From an uncultured Verrucomicrobiae bacterium (GTDB taxonomy: Bacteria; Chlamydiota; Chlamydiia; Chlamydiales; Rhabdochlamydiaceae), in contig CAWDYW010000001.1 of NCBI GenBank assembly GCA_963806855.1, forward strand, positions 704,001 through 768,000: 64,000 nucleotides of DNA. The letters are read 5' to 3'. This document shows, piece after piece, positions 1-9,710 of the stretch; within the stretch, counting starts at the first letter, position 1; each line of letters begins with the position of its first letter. The notes beneath the pieces are model-generated. The model did no database searches, had not been told where the DNA came from, and saw only the letters and a list, made by a program, of their open reading frames with translations. Both the position numbers and the translations under genes were made by a program.

Positions 1-2
1 GG

Positions 3-1103
3 CATCTCTGTTTGAAACTCAAAAATACAACTCTTCATACCCCTTTGGGAATAAAAGAGGTCCTATCGGTGTTCGTTGGCCTCAATTTTTTAAATGAGCA
101 TGAGCTTTTTGAAGAGAGGCACCTTTTGTCGGCGCTCGCTCATTTTATTCCAACTATCAAAGCGATCCCCGGATCTTATTACCAAAACGATCAAATTCTC
201 TACCTTGAAGTCGAAAAACCCAGTCAGGAATTGCTAATACCCGAGCTGACAACTGAAATTCAAAAACGCATTGAGCAGCTGGTTCCGCCAATCTTTATGC
301 CCCGTAATGAGGAAGAGGTGATGCGTAACATCCTCATTTTGAGTAATCAGCTGCGGTATTTGCGCGATATTCCACAGATGATCATCTCCTTCGATGAGCA
401 GGCCGATACAGAGCTTTCATTTACGGTCATCTTAGCCCGGCTGGTCCATCCTGAGAGCCGCCCCATTGCTGAGCTTTTCCAAATGTATCAAATTGATCGG
501 GTGAAAGTGGTTGGGAAGCTCCGTCGCAAAGTCCCCAAAGAGGCTTCAGTGATTCGGGTGCGACTTCCTAGCGAGAAATTTCTTAGGGAAGACTACTCGG
601 TTGATCTCTTTAAGGCGCGTCAGTATCTGGTGAAAGAGATGGAGCAGATTTTAGGCGAGGTCCGCGACTACAATGGGGGGATGATCGCCAAGCAGAGCGA
701 GAACTTTGCCCGACTAAAGAAATTACTTGGGAAACTGGCGAAACAACATGCGCTATTGCTGCAAAACTACTTCCACTCGATTTTTCCCGTTCACTTTAGC
801 ACGACGCTCGACCCTCAATTGCTCAAGATTCTCTTTTCGATGCTTCTCGAAGCGCAATCAAAAGAGGGGCAATTTTTAACGACAAAAAAGGCCAGCGACT
901 ATTTGTTTGGGATGTGCAAATTTCAAGATTTGTCTATAAAGGAAAAAATTATTAGCCAACTTCCCTCCCATGAGCTTCTCACTGTTCAAATGAAGATTTT
1001 GGACTCCCAATATCTGGGCTTCATCTATCTCAATACCGAGCAATCGAATCACTTGACCTTTGAAGAAATTCAGCCATTGGTGGGGCGTGAAAGAGGCTGT
1101 TAA
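3..1103 (+). CDS. Conserved hypothetical protein (chlamydial type), 5'-truncated by the window edge
   Basis: The frame is open from the window start and runs about 365 codons with normal composition (e.g. MPRNEEEVMRNILILSNQLRY). The TAA stop lies inside the palindrome at 1093-1263. No function recognised. Confidence 0.7.
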   Translation, partial: HLCLKLKNTTLHTPLGIKEVLSVFVGLNFLNEHELFEERHLLSALAHFIPTIKAIPGSYYQNDQILYLEVEKPSQELLIPELTTEIQKRIEQLVPPIFMPRNEEEVMRNILILSNQLRYLRDIPQMIISFDEQADTELSFTVILARLVHPESRPIAELFQMYQIDRVKVVGKLRRKVPKEASVIRVRLPSEKFLREDYSVDLFKARQYLVKEMEQILGEVRDYNGGMIAKQSENFARLKKLLGKLAKQHALLLQNYFHSIFPVHFSTTLDPQLLKILFSMLLEAQSKEGQFLTTKKASDYLFGMCKFQDLSIKEKIISQLPSHELLTVQMKILDSQYLGFIYLNTEQSNHLTFEEIQPLVGRERGC

Positions 1104-1263
1104 CGGGTTTTGGTTTCGTCGCTTTTTTGAGGACTTTTGGCCAATTTTCAACTCACTTGTTGGGGGTAATATACAAAGTGTGATATAACCCCCAACAAGT
1201 GATTTGAAAATTGGCTCAAAACGCCCAAAAAATCGACATGAAACCAAACCCGTTAACAGCCTC
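1093..1263. repeat. 171-bp imperfect palindromic element (MITE-like, family A)
   Basis: The ends GAGGCTGTTAACGGGTTT / AAACCCGTTAACAGCCTC are reverse complements. The inner arms CCAATTTTCAA..TCACTTGTTGGGGG / CCCCCAACAAGTGA..TTGAAAATTGG also pair. Confidence 0.9.
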
Positions 1264-1963
1264 AAAAAAAAAGTGGCCTAATATCATTGAGCCATCGATC
1301 CTCTCTGGGGACTTCGGTGTTTTAGCTGCAGAGGCGAAACGGGTCGAGCAGGCAGGTGCCGACGCGATCCATATCGATATCATGGATGGCCATTTCGTCC
1401 CCAACTTGACTTTAGGCCCGCGCGCAGTCTCGGCGATCAATCGGGCGTCCGATCTGTTTCTAGATGTCCACATCATGATCTATAATCCATTTGACTATAT
1501 CGAGAGATTGGTCGAAGCGGGTGCCGACCGGATTACGTTCCACTTCGAGGCGACAGAAGACGTCGATGAGGTGCTCGCATACATCCGCAAGTGCAATATC
1601 GAGGCGGGTCTTGCTTTTCGGCCGGAGACGAGCTTTTCGTTCATTCCCCGGTTCCTCGACAAGTGCGATATGATTTTGATCATGACGGTCAATCCTGGAT
1701 TTGGGGGCCAAGCCTTCATGTCCGATATGATTGAGAAGATCGAACTGACGCGGGAAGCGTGTGATAAGCTCAAAATTCGAAAAGGGGGAGTGACAGGCGA
1801 TCCCAAGACGCTTCCGCCATTCGACATCCAAGTCGATGGGGGAATCGACGACAAGACTGCGAAATTGTGTGCAGACGCAGGGGCGAATGTGTTTGTTTCC
1901 GGGACATATCTTTTCGGCGCTCCAGAAATGGCCCCAAGAATCAAGTTATTGAGGAACCTATGA
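1238..1963 (+). CDS. rpe: Ribulose-phosphate 3-epimerase
   Basis: Motifs PSILSGDF, HIDIMDGHFVPNLTLG, DVHIM, MTVNPGFGGQ and QVDGGI. The ATG at 1238 lies inside the palindrome, so the start is uncertain. Confidence 0.96.
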   Translation: MKPNPLTASKKKWPNIIEPSILSGDFGVLAAEAKRVEQAGADAIHIDIMDGHFVPNLTLGPRAVSAINRASDLFLDVHIMIYNPFDYIERLVEAGADRITFHFEATEDVDEVLAYIRKCNIEAGLAFRPETSFSFIPRFLDKCDMILIMTVNPGFGGQAFMSDMIEKIELTREACDKLKIRKGGVTGDPKTLPPFDIQVDGGIDDKTAKLCADAGANVFVSGTYLFGAPEMAPRIKLLRNL

Positions 1964-2922
1964 CAAGAGTCGTCGTGATCGGGGGCGGTACAGGAAATTT
2001 CGCCGTCTTACGCGGGTTAAAAAATTATCAAGTCGACCTTAGCGCGATCGTCTCGATGGCCGACGATGGGGGCAGTACCGGGATTCTCCGAGATGAGCTC
2101 GGGGTGTTGCCGCCAGGCGATGTGCGTCAATGTTTAGTTGCCCTTTCCAACTCTTCGAGTCTGATGCGCAGTTTGGTCAACTACCGGTTCGAAAATGGGG
2201 GACTTGGGGGACATAGCTTTGGGAATCTTTTGCTTTCTGCTCTCGAAAAAGTGACCGGGAGTTTTGAAAAAGCTGTTGAGGAGATGGGCCGCATTCTCTT
2301 CATTAAGGGCAAGGTGATTCCAGTGACGACTCACCAGGTGCGGCTGAAAATGATCCTGAATAACCGGAAAATTTTAGAGGGGGAGAAAGAAATTTATCTC
2401 TCTCAAGAGATCGACCAGGGCTATAAGAAAATTTACTTGGAGCCATTTCCAGAGGCTAATCCGCATGCGATCGAGGAGATTGCACGGGCCGATTATATCA
2501 TTTTGGGCCCAGGCGGCTTGCACACTTCACTCATCCCTAATCTATTGGTGGAGGGGGTCAGCCAGGCTCTTCTCAAGTCAAAAGCGAAAAAGATCTACGT
2601 TGGCAATTTGATGAACCGCAAAGGACAGACCACGGGATATAAGACAAGCCACTACATCGAAGAGATTTCGCGGTTTCTGGGAGATGATATTTTCGATCAT
2701 ATTCTCGTCAATGGGCAGAGTCCTCCAGAAGAGCTGCTCGATGTCTATGCCGAAGAGGGGACTTTAGTGGAAAATGATCTGACCGACAAGCGGGTTATCA
2801 CCGCGCCTCTTCTCGGAACTGTCCATGAAGGGGCAAAAACCGATTTGCTGAAGCGCAATTTGATCAGGCACGACCCAGACAAATTGGCTGAGGAGTTGAT
2901 GAAGATTGTTAATCATATTTGA
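1960..2922 (+). CDS. yvcK: YvcK/GlmR (CofD-like) family protein, UDP-GlcNAc-binding gluconeogenesis factor
   Basis: Motifs VVIGGGTG, SMADDGGSTGILRDELGVLPPGDVRQCL, GHSFGNLLL, GPGGLHTSLIPNLL and RHDPDKLA. ATG 1960 overlaps the rpe stop and follows the SD GAGGA. Confidence 0.93.
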   Translation: MTRVVVIGGGTGNFAVLRGLKNYQVDLSAIVSMADDGGSTGILRDELGVLPPGDVRQCLVALSNSSSLMRSLVNYRFENGGLGGHSFGNLLLSALEKVTGSFEKAVEEMGRILFIKGKVIPVTTHQVRLKMILNNRKILEGEKEIYLSQEIDQGYKKIYLEPFPEANPHAIEEIARADYIILGPGGLHTSLIPNLLVEGVSQALLKSKAKKIYVGNLMNRKGQTTGYKTSHYIEEISRFLGDDIFDHILVNGQSPPEELLDVYAEEGTLVENDLTDKRVITAPLLGTVHEGAKTDLLKRNLIRHDPDKLAEELMKIVNHI

Positions 2923-3547
2923 TTTGGATGACACTCTCATCGAAACTTCCAAATGTTTAACCCCGCTCTATTTGCGCCTTGCTTTCGATGCGATGGGACT
3001 GTCTGGGACTTGGCAAGAGCTGGTCGCCATCAATGAAAAATCGCTCAGCTCGCGGATCGCACTCAGAGAATTTTGGAGCAGCCGTTCGGATCGGGAAGAG
3101 ATTTTGCAGGCAGGCTTAGAGGCGCTGAAGACCCCAATACCTAGCGAAGCGAAAATAGAGCCGGTCCCAGGGGCAAATGAAGTGCTTGACACTCTCCAAG
3201 TGCATCACACTCTGGCTCTTGTGACGGCCGGCTACCCTGAATTGCAGCTCCAGAAGATGGAAAAAGCTGGTATTCAACCATCCCAATTTAGTAAACTTAT
3301 TGTTGGGTCGGGACCGAGTAAAAAATCAGATTACCAAAGAGTACTCGCAGAATTGCAATTTGATCCTAGCGAGGCTGTGGTCTGTGGCGACCGGGTAGAG
3401 ATCGATTTGACCCCGGCAAAAGAGCTCGGCCTGTACACTGTCCATTTTCGAAATGGGCGAGGATTATTCCACTCTACCCCTAAAGAGAGTGTAGATTTGA
3501 CGATACAAACACTTAAAGAACTGCAAGAGGTATTTGCCAAAACATGA
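2906..3547 (+). CDS. HAD-superfamily hydrolase
   Basis: Motif I IFDLDDTL and motif IV GDRVEIDL. Confidence 0.88.
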   Translation: MLIIFDLDDTLIETSKCLTPLYLRLAFDAMGLSGTWQELVAINEKSLSSRIALREFWSSRSDREEILQAGLEALKTPIPSEAKIEPVPGANEVLDTLQVHHTLALVTAGYPELQLQKMEKAGIQPSQFSKLIVGSGPSKKSDYQRVLAELQFDPSEAVVCGDRVEIDLTPAKELGLYTVHFRNGRGLFHSTPKESVDLTIQTLKELQEVFAKT

Positions 3548-4116
3548 AACCTAAAGCTCCAATGACTAGCAATCAGATCACTCCTGGGATCATGATATCA
3601 ATCGATAAAAATATCTATCGTGTCGAATCGGCTGTCAAGGTCACGGTCCCAAAAGGGCCCCCCTTCATCAAGACGAAGCTCAAAGACATCATGACCGATG
3701 AGACGATCGAGAAGAACTTCAAAGAGGGGCAAGAGGTTCAAGAGGTGACACTCGATGAGCACAATCTCGAATTTCTCTATATCGAAGGAAAGGACTATCT
3801 CTTTCTCGATACTGGCAATTTAGAAAAAGTTTTTGTTCCCAAAAATATCATTGGCGATAAGGTCAACTACATCAAAGAGGCGATCGAAGTGAAAGCGATG
3901 TTCTATGGGGATACCATTTTCTCCATCGAGCTTCCTCAATTCCTCGAACTGATGGTTGTGAAGACAGAACCTAGCGATGCCTCTCCTCAAGTGACCGATG
4001 CAAACAAATTCTGCTATTTGGAAACAGGAGCCAAAATTAAGGTGCCCCTTTTCATCGAGACAGGTGATATTGTGAAGGTGGACACCACAACAAACGAATT
4101 TATCCAAAGGTTGTAA
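3544..4116 (+). CDS. efp: Elongation factor P (chlamydial EF-P paralog)
   Basis: Motifs VPKGPPFIKTKLK and LETGAKIKVPLFIETGDIVKVDT; sits between rpe and accB. Confidence 0.93.
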   Translation: MKPKAPMTSNQITPGIMISIDKNIYRVESAVKVTVPKGPPFIKTKLKDIMTDETIEKNFKEGQEVQEVTLDEHNLEFLYIEGKDYLFLDTGNLEKVFVPKNIIGDKVNYIKEAIEVKAMFYGDTIFSIELPQFLELMVVKTEPSDASPQVTDANKFCYLETGAKIKVPLFIETGDIVKVDTTTNEFIQRL

Positions 4117-4117
4117 T

Positions 4118-4583
4118 ATGGACATGAAGTCAATCAAAGAGCTGATGGCCTCGATGGAGAAATCGGGCCTGAAGAAGGTGCGGATCAAAGAGGAAAAAGG
4201 GTTCGAGATCGAACTCGAAAGAGAAGCTGAGCATCCTCCTCAGCCCCAACCCATCCATCGTCCCGAACCGGTCCATTATCACCATCCTCATCCCCATCCT
4301 CCCCACCGCCCGGCAGGAGAAGAGGAGAAAAAGGTAGAGAAAAAAGAGGGGAGTTATATCGCCTCTCCTATGGTCGGCACCTTCTACACAGCTGCGTCTC
4401 CCGATGATCAGCTTTTGTCAAAGTTGGAGATAAAGTCGATGAAAACACCGTCGTCTGCATCATCGAGGCGATGAAGGTGATGAATGAAGTCAAAGCGGGT
4501 AAGAAGGGCACAATAGCAGAAATGCTTGTCGCAACTGCCACCCGGTCGAATTTGGAACAAACCTCTTCCGGTACTACGTATGA
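4118..4583 (+). pseudogene. accB: Acetyl-CoA carboxylase biotin carboxyl carrier protein, frameshifted as sequenced (probably consensus errors)
   Basis: SPMVGTFY in one frame, then [25 protein letters not shown] (biotinylation motif EAMK) in another, then HPVEFG. Indels near 4410 and 4530. Confidence 0.85.
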
Positions 4584-5950
4584 AAAAGATCCTCATCGCC
4601 AATCGAGGCGAAATCGCCGTCGAATCATCAGAGCCTGTCACGATATGGGGATGCAAACTGTTGCCGTCTATTCGCAAGCCGACACCGAAGCGCTCCATGT
4701 TTTCATGCGGATGAAGCAATCTGCATTGGAGAAGCCCCATCGCAAAAATCCTATTTGAAAATCGCCAATATCCTCTCAGCCTGTGAGATCACTGGCGCCG
4801 ACGCGATTCATCCCGGACTATGGGTTTTTGAGCGAAAATGCCAACTTTGCTTCGATTTGTGAAAGCTGTGGGATCAATTTCATCGGCCCCTCGCATCAAG
4901 CGATCTGCGCTTTTGGGAGATAAAGCGCAGCCAAAGCGACTGCAAAGAGCGTCAAGTGCCCTGTGATTCCTGGTTCTGACGGCGTGGTGGAAGATGTCCA
5001 AGCAGGCGTTAAAAGAAGCCAAAAAGCTCGGCTTTCCTATCTTCATCAAAGCCGACAGCCGGCGGCGGCGGCAAAGGGATCCGCATTGCCAATGACGCCT
5101 GATGAATTTGTCAGACAGTTTGCCGCAGCGCGTACTGAAGCAGAAGCTAGCTTTGGCAATCCTGAGGTCTATCTCGAAAAAATGATCGTCAATCCGCGCC
5201 ACATCGAGATGCAGGTCATCGGCGACAAGCATGGCAATTATGCCTACCTTGGTGAGAGGGATTGCACCATTCAGCGCCGCCGACAAAAACTCATCGAAGA
5301 AGCGCCGAGCCCGATCTTGGCGCCATGCCCTGCGCAAAAAAATCTGGCGAAGCTGCGGTCGATATCGTCAAAGCAGCTAAATATTACTCTGCTGGAACCG
5401 TCGAATTTTTACTCGATGAGAAGAACAACTTCTATTTCATGGAAGTCAATACCCGCATCCAAGTCGAGCACACGATGACCGAAGAGCTGACCGGCATCGA
5501 CCTGGTGCAGCGAGCAGATTCGGATTGCGCTGGGAGAAAAGCTCAGCTTTAAGCAAAAAGACATCGACCTTCACGGGACACGTGATCCAGTGCCGGATTA
5601 ATGCCGAAGACCCTGCCAAAAATTTTGCCCCTTCCCCGGGAGTGCTAGAGTATTATTTGCCGCCGGGCGGCCCCCATGTCCGCGTCGACAGCGCTTGCTA
5701 TTCGGGCTATCGCATTCCCCCCAATTACGATTCGATGATCGCCAAATTGATCGTCAAAGGGAAAGATCGAAAAGAAGCCATCGCATTGCAAAAAGAGCTT
5801 TAAAAGAGTTCCATATCGGCGGCGTCAAGACCACGATTCCCATTCCATCAGTACATGTTTGAGGATGATAACTTCCTGAATAATACCTACACCATCACCT
5901 ACATCGATCAGCTCATGGCAGAAGGATATTCTTTCATCCCAGAAAGTTGA
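4580..5950 (+). pseudogene. accC: Acetyl-CoA carboxylase biotin carboxylase, many frameshifts as sequenced (probably consensus errors)
   Basis: [68 protein letters not shown] and [12 protein letters not shown] are spread over alternating frames. Confidence 0.9.
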
Positions 5951-5975
5951 CATCCTTAGTCGTTTTATTGATAAT
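5947..5975 (+). promoter_or_regulatory. Sigma70/sigma66-type promoter for rmlA (probably leaderless transcript)
   Basis: TTGACA-N17-GATAAT ends 8 nt before ATG 5984, with no SD in between. Confidence 0.65.
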
Positions 5976-5983
5976 CTTTTTTT

Positions 5984-6949
5984 ATGAAAGGAATCATTTT
6001 AGCGGGTGGAAGGGGATCGCGCCTTTACCCCATCACCAAAGCGACTTGCAAACAGCTTCTGCCAATCTTCGATAAACCGATGATCTATTATCCCCTTGCG
6101 GTGCTCATGATGGCCCAAATTCGGGAGATTTTGATCATCACGACACCTGAAGACACCTCCCGATTTCAGCAGCTGCTCGGCGATGGAAGTCAGTGGGGGA
6201 TCTCAATCTCTTATGATATCCAAAAGATTCCACAGGGGATTGCAGATAGTTTTATCATCGCCGAAAAATTCATTGGAGATGGTTCTGTCGCTCTTATTCT
6301 CGGCGACAATATTTTCTATGGCCACAATTTCTCTAACCTTCTCCAAGAGGCCAAAGAGCTCCACGAGGGGGCCATGGTCTTTGGATATGAAGTGCACGAT
6401 CCTCAGCGTTATGGGGTGCTTGCCTTCAATGAAGAGGGTCAGATTGTCGATATCATCGAAAAGCCCAAAAATCCCCCTTCTCGTTATGCTGTGACAGGTC
6501 TTTACTTCTATGACAATCAGGTGATCGAGATCGCAAAGAGCTTAAAGCCGTCAAGAAGGGGAGAATACGAAATCACCGATGTGAACGTCGCCTATTTAAA
6601 AAGAGGGGCGCTGCAGTGCCACCTTTTTGAGCGGGGCTTTGCCTGGCTCGACACCGGAACCCCCACAGCGATGCAACAGGCCGCCAGCTATGTTCAGACG
6701 ATTCAAGAGCGGCAAGGGATCAAAATTGGGTGCGTCGAAGAGATCGCTTATAAGATGGGCTATATCACATTAGAGCAGCTGGTGCAGCTAGCCGATGAAC
6801 TTTCACCATCTGAATATGGACAATATCTCAAAACCCAAGTTTTAAACCTGCTCCACACCGAATCGAAAGTTGGCGATCGATCATGGGCGGTTCTCCCCTC
6901 GATGGGAGCAGCCTCTTCCATTTTTGTTCGTTCGACGAAAATTAATTAA
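5984..6949 (+). CDS. rfbA: Glucose-1-phosphate thymidylyltransferase
   Basis: Motifs MKGIILAGGRGSRLYP, KQLLPIFDKPMIYYPL, LILGDNIFYG and AWLDTGT; about 30 extra C-terminal residues. Confidence 0.96.
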   Translation: MKGIILAGGRGSRLYPITKATCKQLLPIFDKPMIYYPLAVLMMAQIREILIITTPEDTSRFQQLLGDGSQWGISISYDIQKIPQGIADSFIIAEKFIGDGSVALILGDNIFYGHNFSNLLQEAKELHEGAMVFGYEVHDPQRYGVLAFNEEGQIVDIIEKPKNPPSRYAVTGLYFYDNQVIEIAKSLKPSRRGEYEITDVNVAYLKRGALQCHLFERGFAWLDTGTPTAMQQAASYVQTIQERQGIKIGCVEEIAYKMGYITLEQLVQLADELSPSEYGQYLKTQVLNLLHTESKVGDRSWAVLPSMGAASSIFVRSTKIN

Positions 6950-7851
6950 ATAAATTTGCGGCGGCGGGTCCGTTTGCTGCGGTGAGGGACGAAATTCGAC
7001 TTTCTTCCAGAAACAGCTTCATGCAAGTTTTCGATCGCCATGAAGGCCTCTGGATCTTCTCGGAGGACGATTTCCTTGAGGTCGGCCAAATCGAGTCTCT
7101 CGACGACGATGAAGAGCAAATCGCGTGGGGCCCCAGAAAAGCCCCCTTTCCCGTGAATAATGGTCAGACCTAGCCCCAGCTCGTGCATGATCGTTTTCGC
7201 CAGTTCTTTGGGCATAGAAGAGATAATCAGCACCGATTTGAGTTCATCCAATCCCAGGATGACCAAATCCATCATCTTAAAGGCAACCACATAGGTGAGC
7301 AGCGACTTGAGGGCGATATGCCAGTCAGAGAAGATCCACCCATAGATGCCGAAGATGAAAAAGTTGGCTGCCAGGACCACTTGTCCGATGGTAAATCCAA
7401 GTTTTCGGTTGACGATGATGGCCAATATCTCGGTCCCATCCAAGCAGCCGCCATTGCGGATCACCAGGCCGCCGCCAACGCCCAAAATCGCGCCGCCGAA
7501 GAAAATGATCTCGAGTGTATCCCCATGGAAGGGGGGAGCGGCATCTAAAATCCACAAGAAGAGTGCGAATAACAAAATCGCTGAAAACATATGGATGACA
7601 AAGGTGCGCCGGATAAAGCGGAAGGCCAAATAGATGAAGGGGAGGGTCAAGCCAATCAAATAGTAGGAGAGGTAACTTGGGTCAAAGACACGAGCGAGGA
7701 TCAAGGCGATACCGGTGATCCCGCCGTCGATCAGGTCATTGGGAAGTAAAAAAATGCGGATCGCCACAGCAGCCAAAAAAGCTCCAAGTGAGATCCAAAC
7801 TAAATCATTGAGAAAGTGCCAGAAGCTCGCTTGCTTTGTGGGTTTTTGCAT
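6946..7851 (-). CDS. YitT family membrane protein (DUF161/DUF2179)
   Basis: Motifs LPNDLIDGGITGIA and GGCLDGTEILAI, multiple TM segments, and C-terminal GKGGFSG...DPEAF. Confidence 0.9.
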   Translation of the reverse strand: MQKPTKQASFWHFLNDLVWISLGAFLAAVAIRIFLLPNDLIDGGITGIALILARVFDPSYLSYYLIGLTLPFIYLAFRFIRRTFVIHMFSAILLFALFLWILDAAPPFHGDTLEIIFFGGAILGVGGGLVIRNGGCLDGTEILAIIVNRKLGFTIGQVVLAANFFIFGIYGWIFSDWHIALKSLLTYVVAFKMMDLVILGLDELKSVLIISSMPKELAKTIMHELGLGLTIIHGKGGFSGAPRDLLFIVVERLDLADLKEIVLREDPEAFMAIENLHEAVSGRKSNFVPHRSKRTRRRKFI

Positions 7852-7887
7852 GGAATTAAGATACTAAGAAGAAAGGGAAAAGTACAG

Positions 7888-7919
7888 AAAAAAAATAACC
7901 CCTCATGTTGTGAGGGGTT
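7888..7919 (-). terminator. Intrinsic terminator of the tRNA-Val/tRNA-Asp transcript
   Basis: Stem AACCCCTCA/TGAGGGGTT followed by a T-run on the minus strand. Confidence 0.8.
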
Positions 7920-7925
7920 TTGCGA

Positions 7926-7999
7926 CGCGGGAGACGGGGCTTGAACCCGCAACTTCTGCCTTGACAGGGCAGTGCTCTAACCAATTGAACTACTCCCGC
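7926..7999 (-). tRNA. tRNA-Asp(GTC)
   Basis: Minus strand GCGGGAGTAGTTCAATTGGTTAGAGCACTGCCCTGTCAAGGCAGAAGTTGCGGGTTCAAGCCCCGTCTCCCGCG folds as a cloverleaf with anticodon GTC. Confidence 0.97.
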
Positions 8000-8009
8000 A
8001 AAGAGCTGT

Positions 8010-8081
8010 TGGGCGCAAAAGGATTCGAACCTATGACCGCCTGTGTGTAAGACAGGAGCTCTACCGCTGAGCTATACGCCC
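8010..8081 (-). tRNA. tRNA-Val(TAC)
   Basis: Minus strand GGGCGTATAGCTCAGCGGTAGAGCTCCTGTCTTACACACAGGCGGTCATAGGTTCGAATCCTTTTGCGCCCA, anticodon TAC. Confidence 0.97.
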
Positions 8082-8153
8082 CAACAGGCCTTTAACTGTA
8101 CCCTCTCCGAAGAATTTTTCTCAAGTAATTTTCGAATTTGGTATCATTTGGCC

Positions 8154-8504
8154 ATGTTGAAAAGAGCTCTAATTTTTCTTTTACTCTGCGCCTGTAGCCC
8201 GAAGAGCTCTGAGGAGTTCTTGAGCCAGAGCGAGGAGAAATGCTCGGAACTGGTCGCCATCCTTGAAAAGAGCGAATCTCTCGATGATCTTTTGAAGGTC
8301 GAAAATGAGCTTAAGAAAAAATTTAACGAAATCGCCACCCTCATGGTCCAGTCGCGCAAATTTCATGAAAAACATCCGAGCAATCATCCAGTCAAGCCTA
8401 TCGCAAGCAGTGCTGCCTTATTAGATGAGCTCAAGAGAATCTACGCCATCAAAGGGGGCCGTGAAGTGATCGAACGTGCTCAATCTGATGCGCAACTATG
8501 GTGA
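8154..8504 (+). CDS. Hypothetical lipoprotein
   Basis: MLKRALIFLLLCACS lipobox-like N-terminus. The upstream start in the ORF track falls inside tRNA-Val. Confidence 0.75.
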   Translation: MLKRALIFLLLCACSPKSSEEFLSQSEEKCSELVAILEKSESLDDLLKVENELKKKFNEIATLMVQSRKFHEKHPSNHPVKPIASSAALLDELKRIYAIKGGREVIERAQSDAQLW

Positions 8505-8534
8505 TTAATAGAATTTTATGGAGTACTTTTAGAT

Positions 8535-9710
8535 ATGAAAAAGATCTTGCTGTGCTTATTTCTCGTCTGTGGTCTGTATGCCACCCAGGAAAAAAAGAAG
8601 GTCTGCCTGAACATGATCGTTAAAAACGAGAGCAAGGTCATCGAAAGGTGCTTAGCCTCGGTCAAACCTTTTATCGATTATTGGGTCATTGTCGACACGG
8701 GCTCTACTGATGGGACACAGACAATCATCAAAAATTTCATGAAGGGGATCCCAGGAGAATTGCATGAACGCCCTTGGGTGAATTTTGGCCATAATCGCAA
8801 TGAAGCGCTGCAATTGGCTAAAAATAAAGGAGATTATCTCTTGTTCATCGATGCCGATGAGGTGCTCGTTTTTGCCGACAATTTCGTGAAGCCCAATTTA
8901 GACAAAGACGCCTATCATATTACAACCCACTTATATGGAACCGATTATATCAGGTTACAGCTGATCAACAATCATCTCAATTGGCAATGGATCGGTGTTC
9001 TCCATGAATATCTTAGTAGCCCAGAAGCCAGAACAAACGAAGTTTTGGCAGGGGTGATAAACTATCCAAGCTATGAGGGGGTTAGATCGCAAGATCCATT
9101 GAAGTTCAAGAAGGATGCGATGGTTCTGGAGGAGGCATTAAAGACAGAGCCCGACAATGCCCGCTATGTTTTTTATCTGGCTCAAAGCTACCGAGATGCC
9201 AGCGAGCCAGCTGCGGCCCTTAAAAATTATGAACGGCGAGTGGCGATGGGGGGATGGGATCAGGAGGTTTTTTTCTCAAAATATCAAATCTGCCTCTTGC
9301 AAGAAGAGCTGAAGATTGAACCAGAGAAGATTGCGAAAAGTTATCTAGATTGCTTCTCCTCTCGTCCTTCGAGGGCTGAACCGCTTTGCCATCTCGCCAC
9401 ATTCTACCGGCTGCAAGGCAATTATTTGCTCGGCTATCTGGTCGCCACTTACGGACTGACTCTACCTTATCCTTCCGATACTTTGTTTGTTGAGAGATGG
9501 GTTTACGATTTTGGTCTTCTATTGGAAAAATCGGTCTGCGCCTACTGGATTGGGAAATACCAAGAGTGCTTGGATCTATCACAGCAGCTGCTAAAAGTGG
9601 GCAATTTGCCGGCCAATGTGAGGGAATGTGTCGAGAAGAATATCTGGTGGGCACAAAAGCAGTTAAAAAATTTAGAAAGTCAATCCTATTCCTCCCATTT
9701 GGTTAGGTGA
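8535..9710 (+). CDS. Glycosyltransferase family 2 protein with signal peptide and TPR-like C-terminus
   Basis: Motifs CLNMIVKNE, VDTGSTDGT, FGHNRNEAL, FIDADE and VLHEY; TPR-like FYLAQSYRD; SD GGAG. Confidence 0.9.
   Translation: MKKILLCLFLVCGLYATQEKKKVCLNMIVKNESKVIERCLASVKPFIDYWVIVDTGSTDGTQTIIKNFMKGIPGELHERPWVNFGHNRNEALQLAKNKGDYLLFIDADEVLVFADNFVKPNLDKDAYHITTHLYGTDYIRLQLINNHLNWQWIGVLHEYLSSPEARTNEVLAGVINYPSYEGVRSQDPLKFKKDAMVLEEALKTEPDNARYVFYLAQSYRDASEPAAALKNYERRVAMGGWDQEVFFSKYQICLLQEELKIEPEKIAKSYLDCFSSRPSRAEPLCHLATFYRLQGNYLLGYLVATYGLTLPYPSDTLFVERWVYDFGLLLEKSVCAYWIGKYQECLDLSQQLLKVGNLPANVRECVEKNIWWAQKQLKNLESQSYSSHLVR

Noticed and set aside
8043..8153. N-terminal extension of the lipoprotein ORF
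   Set aside because: It overlaps tRNA-Val on the opposite strand; ATG 8154 gives a proper lipoprotein signal.
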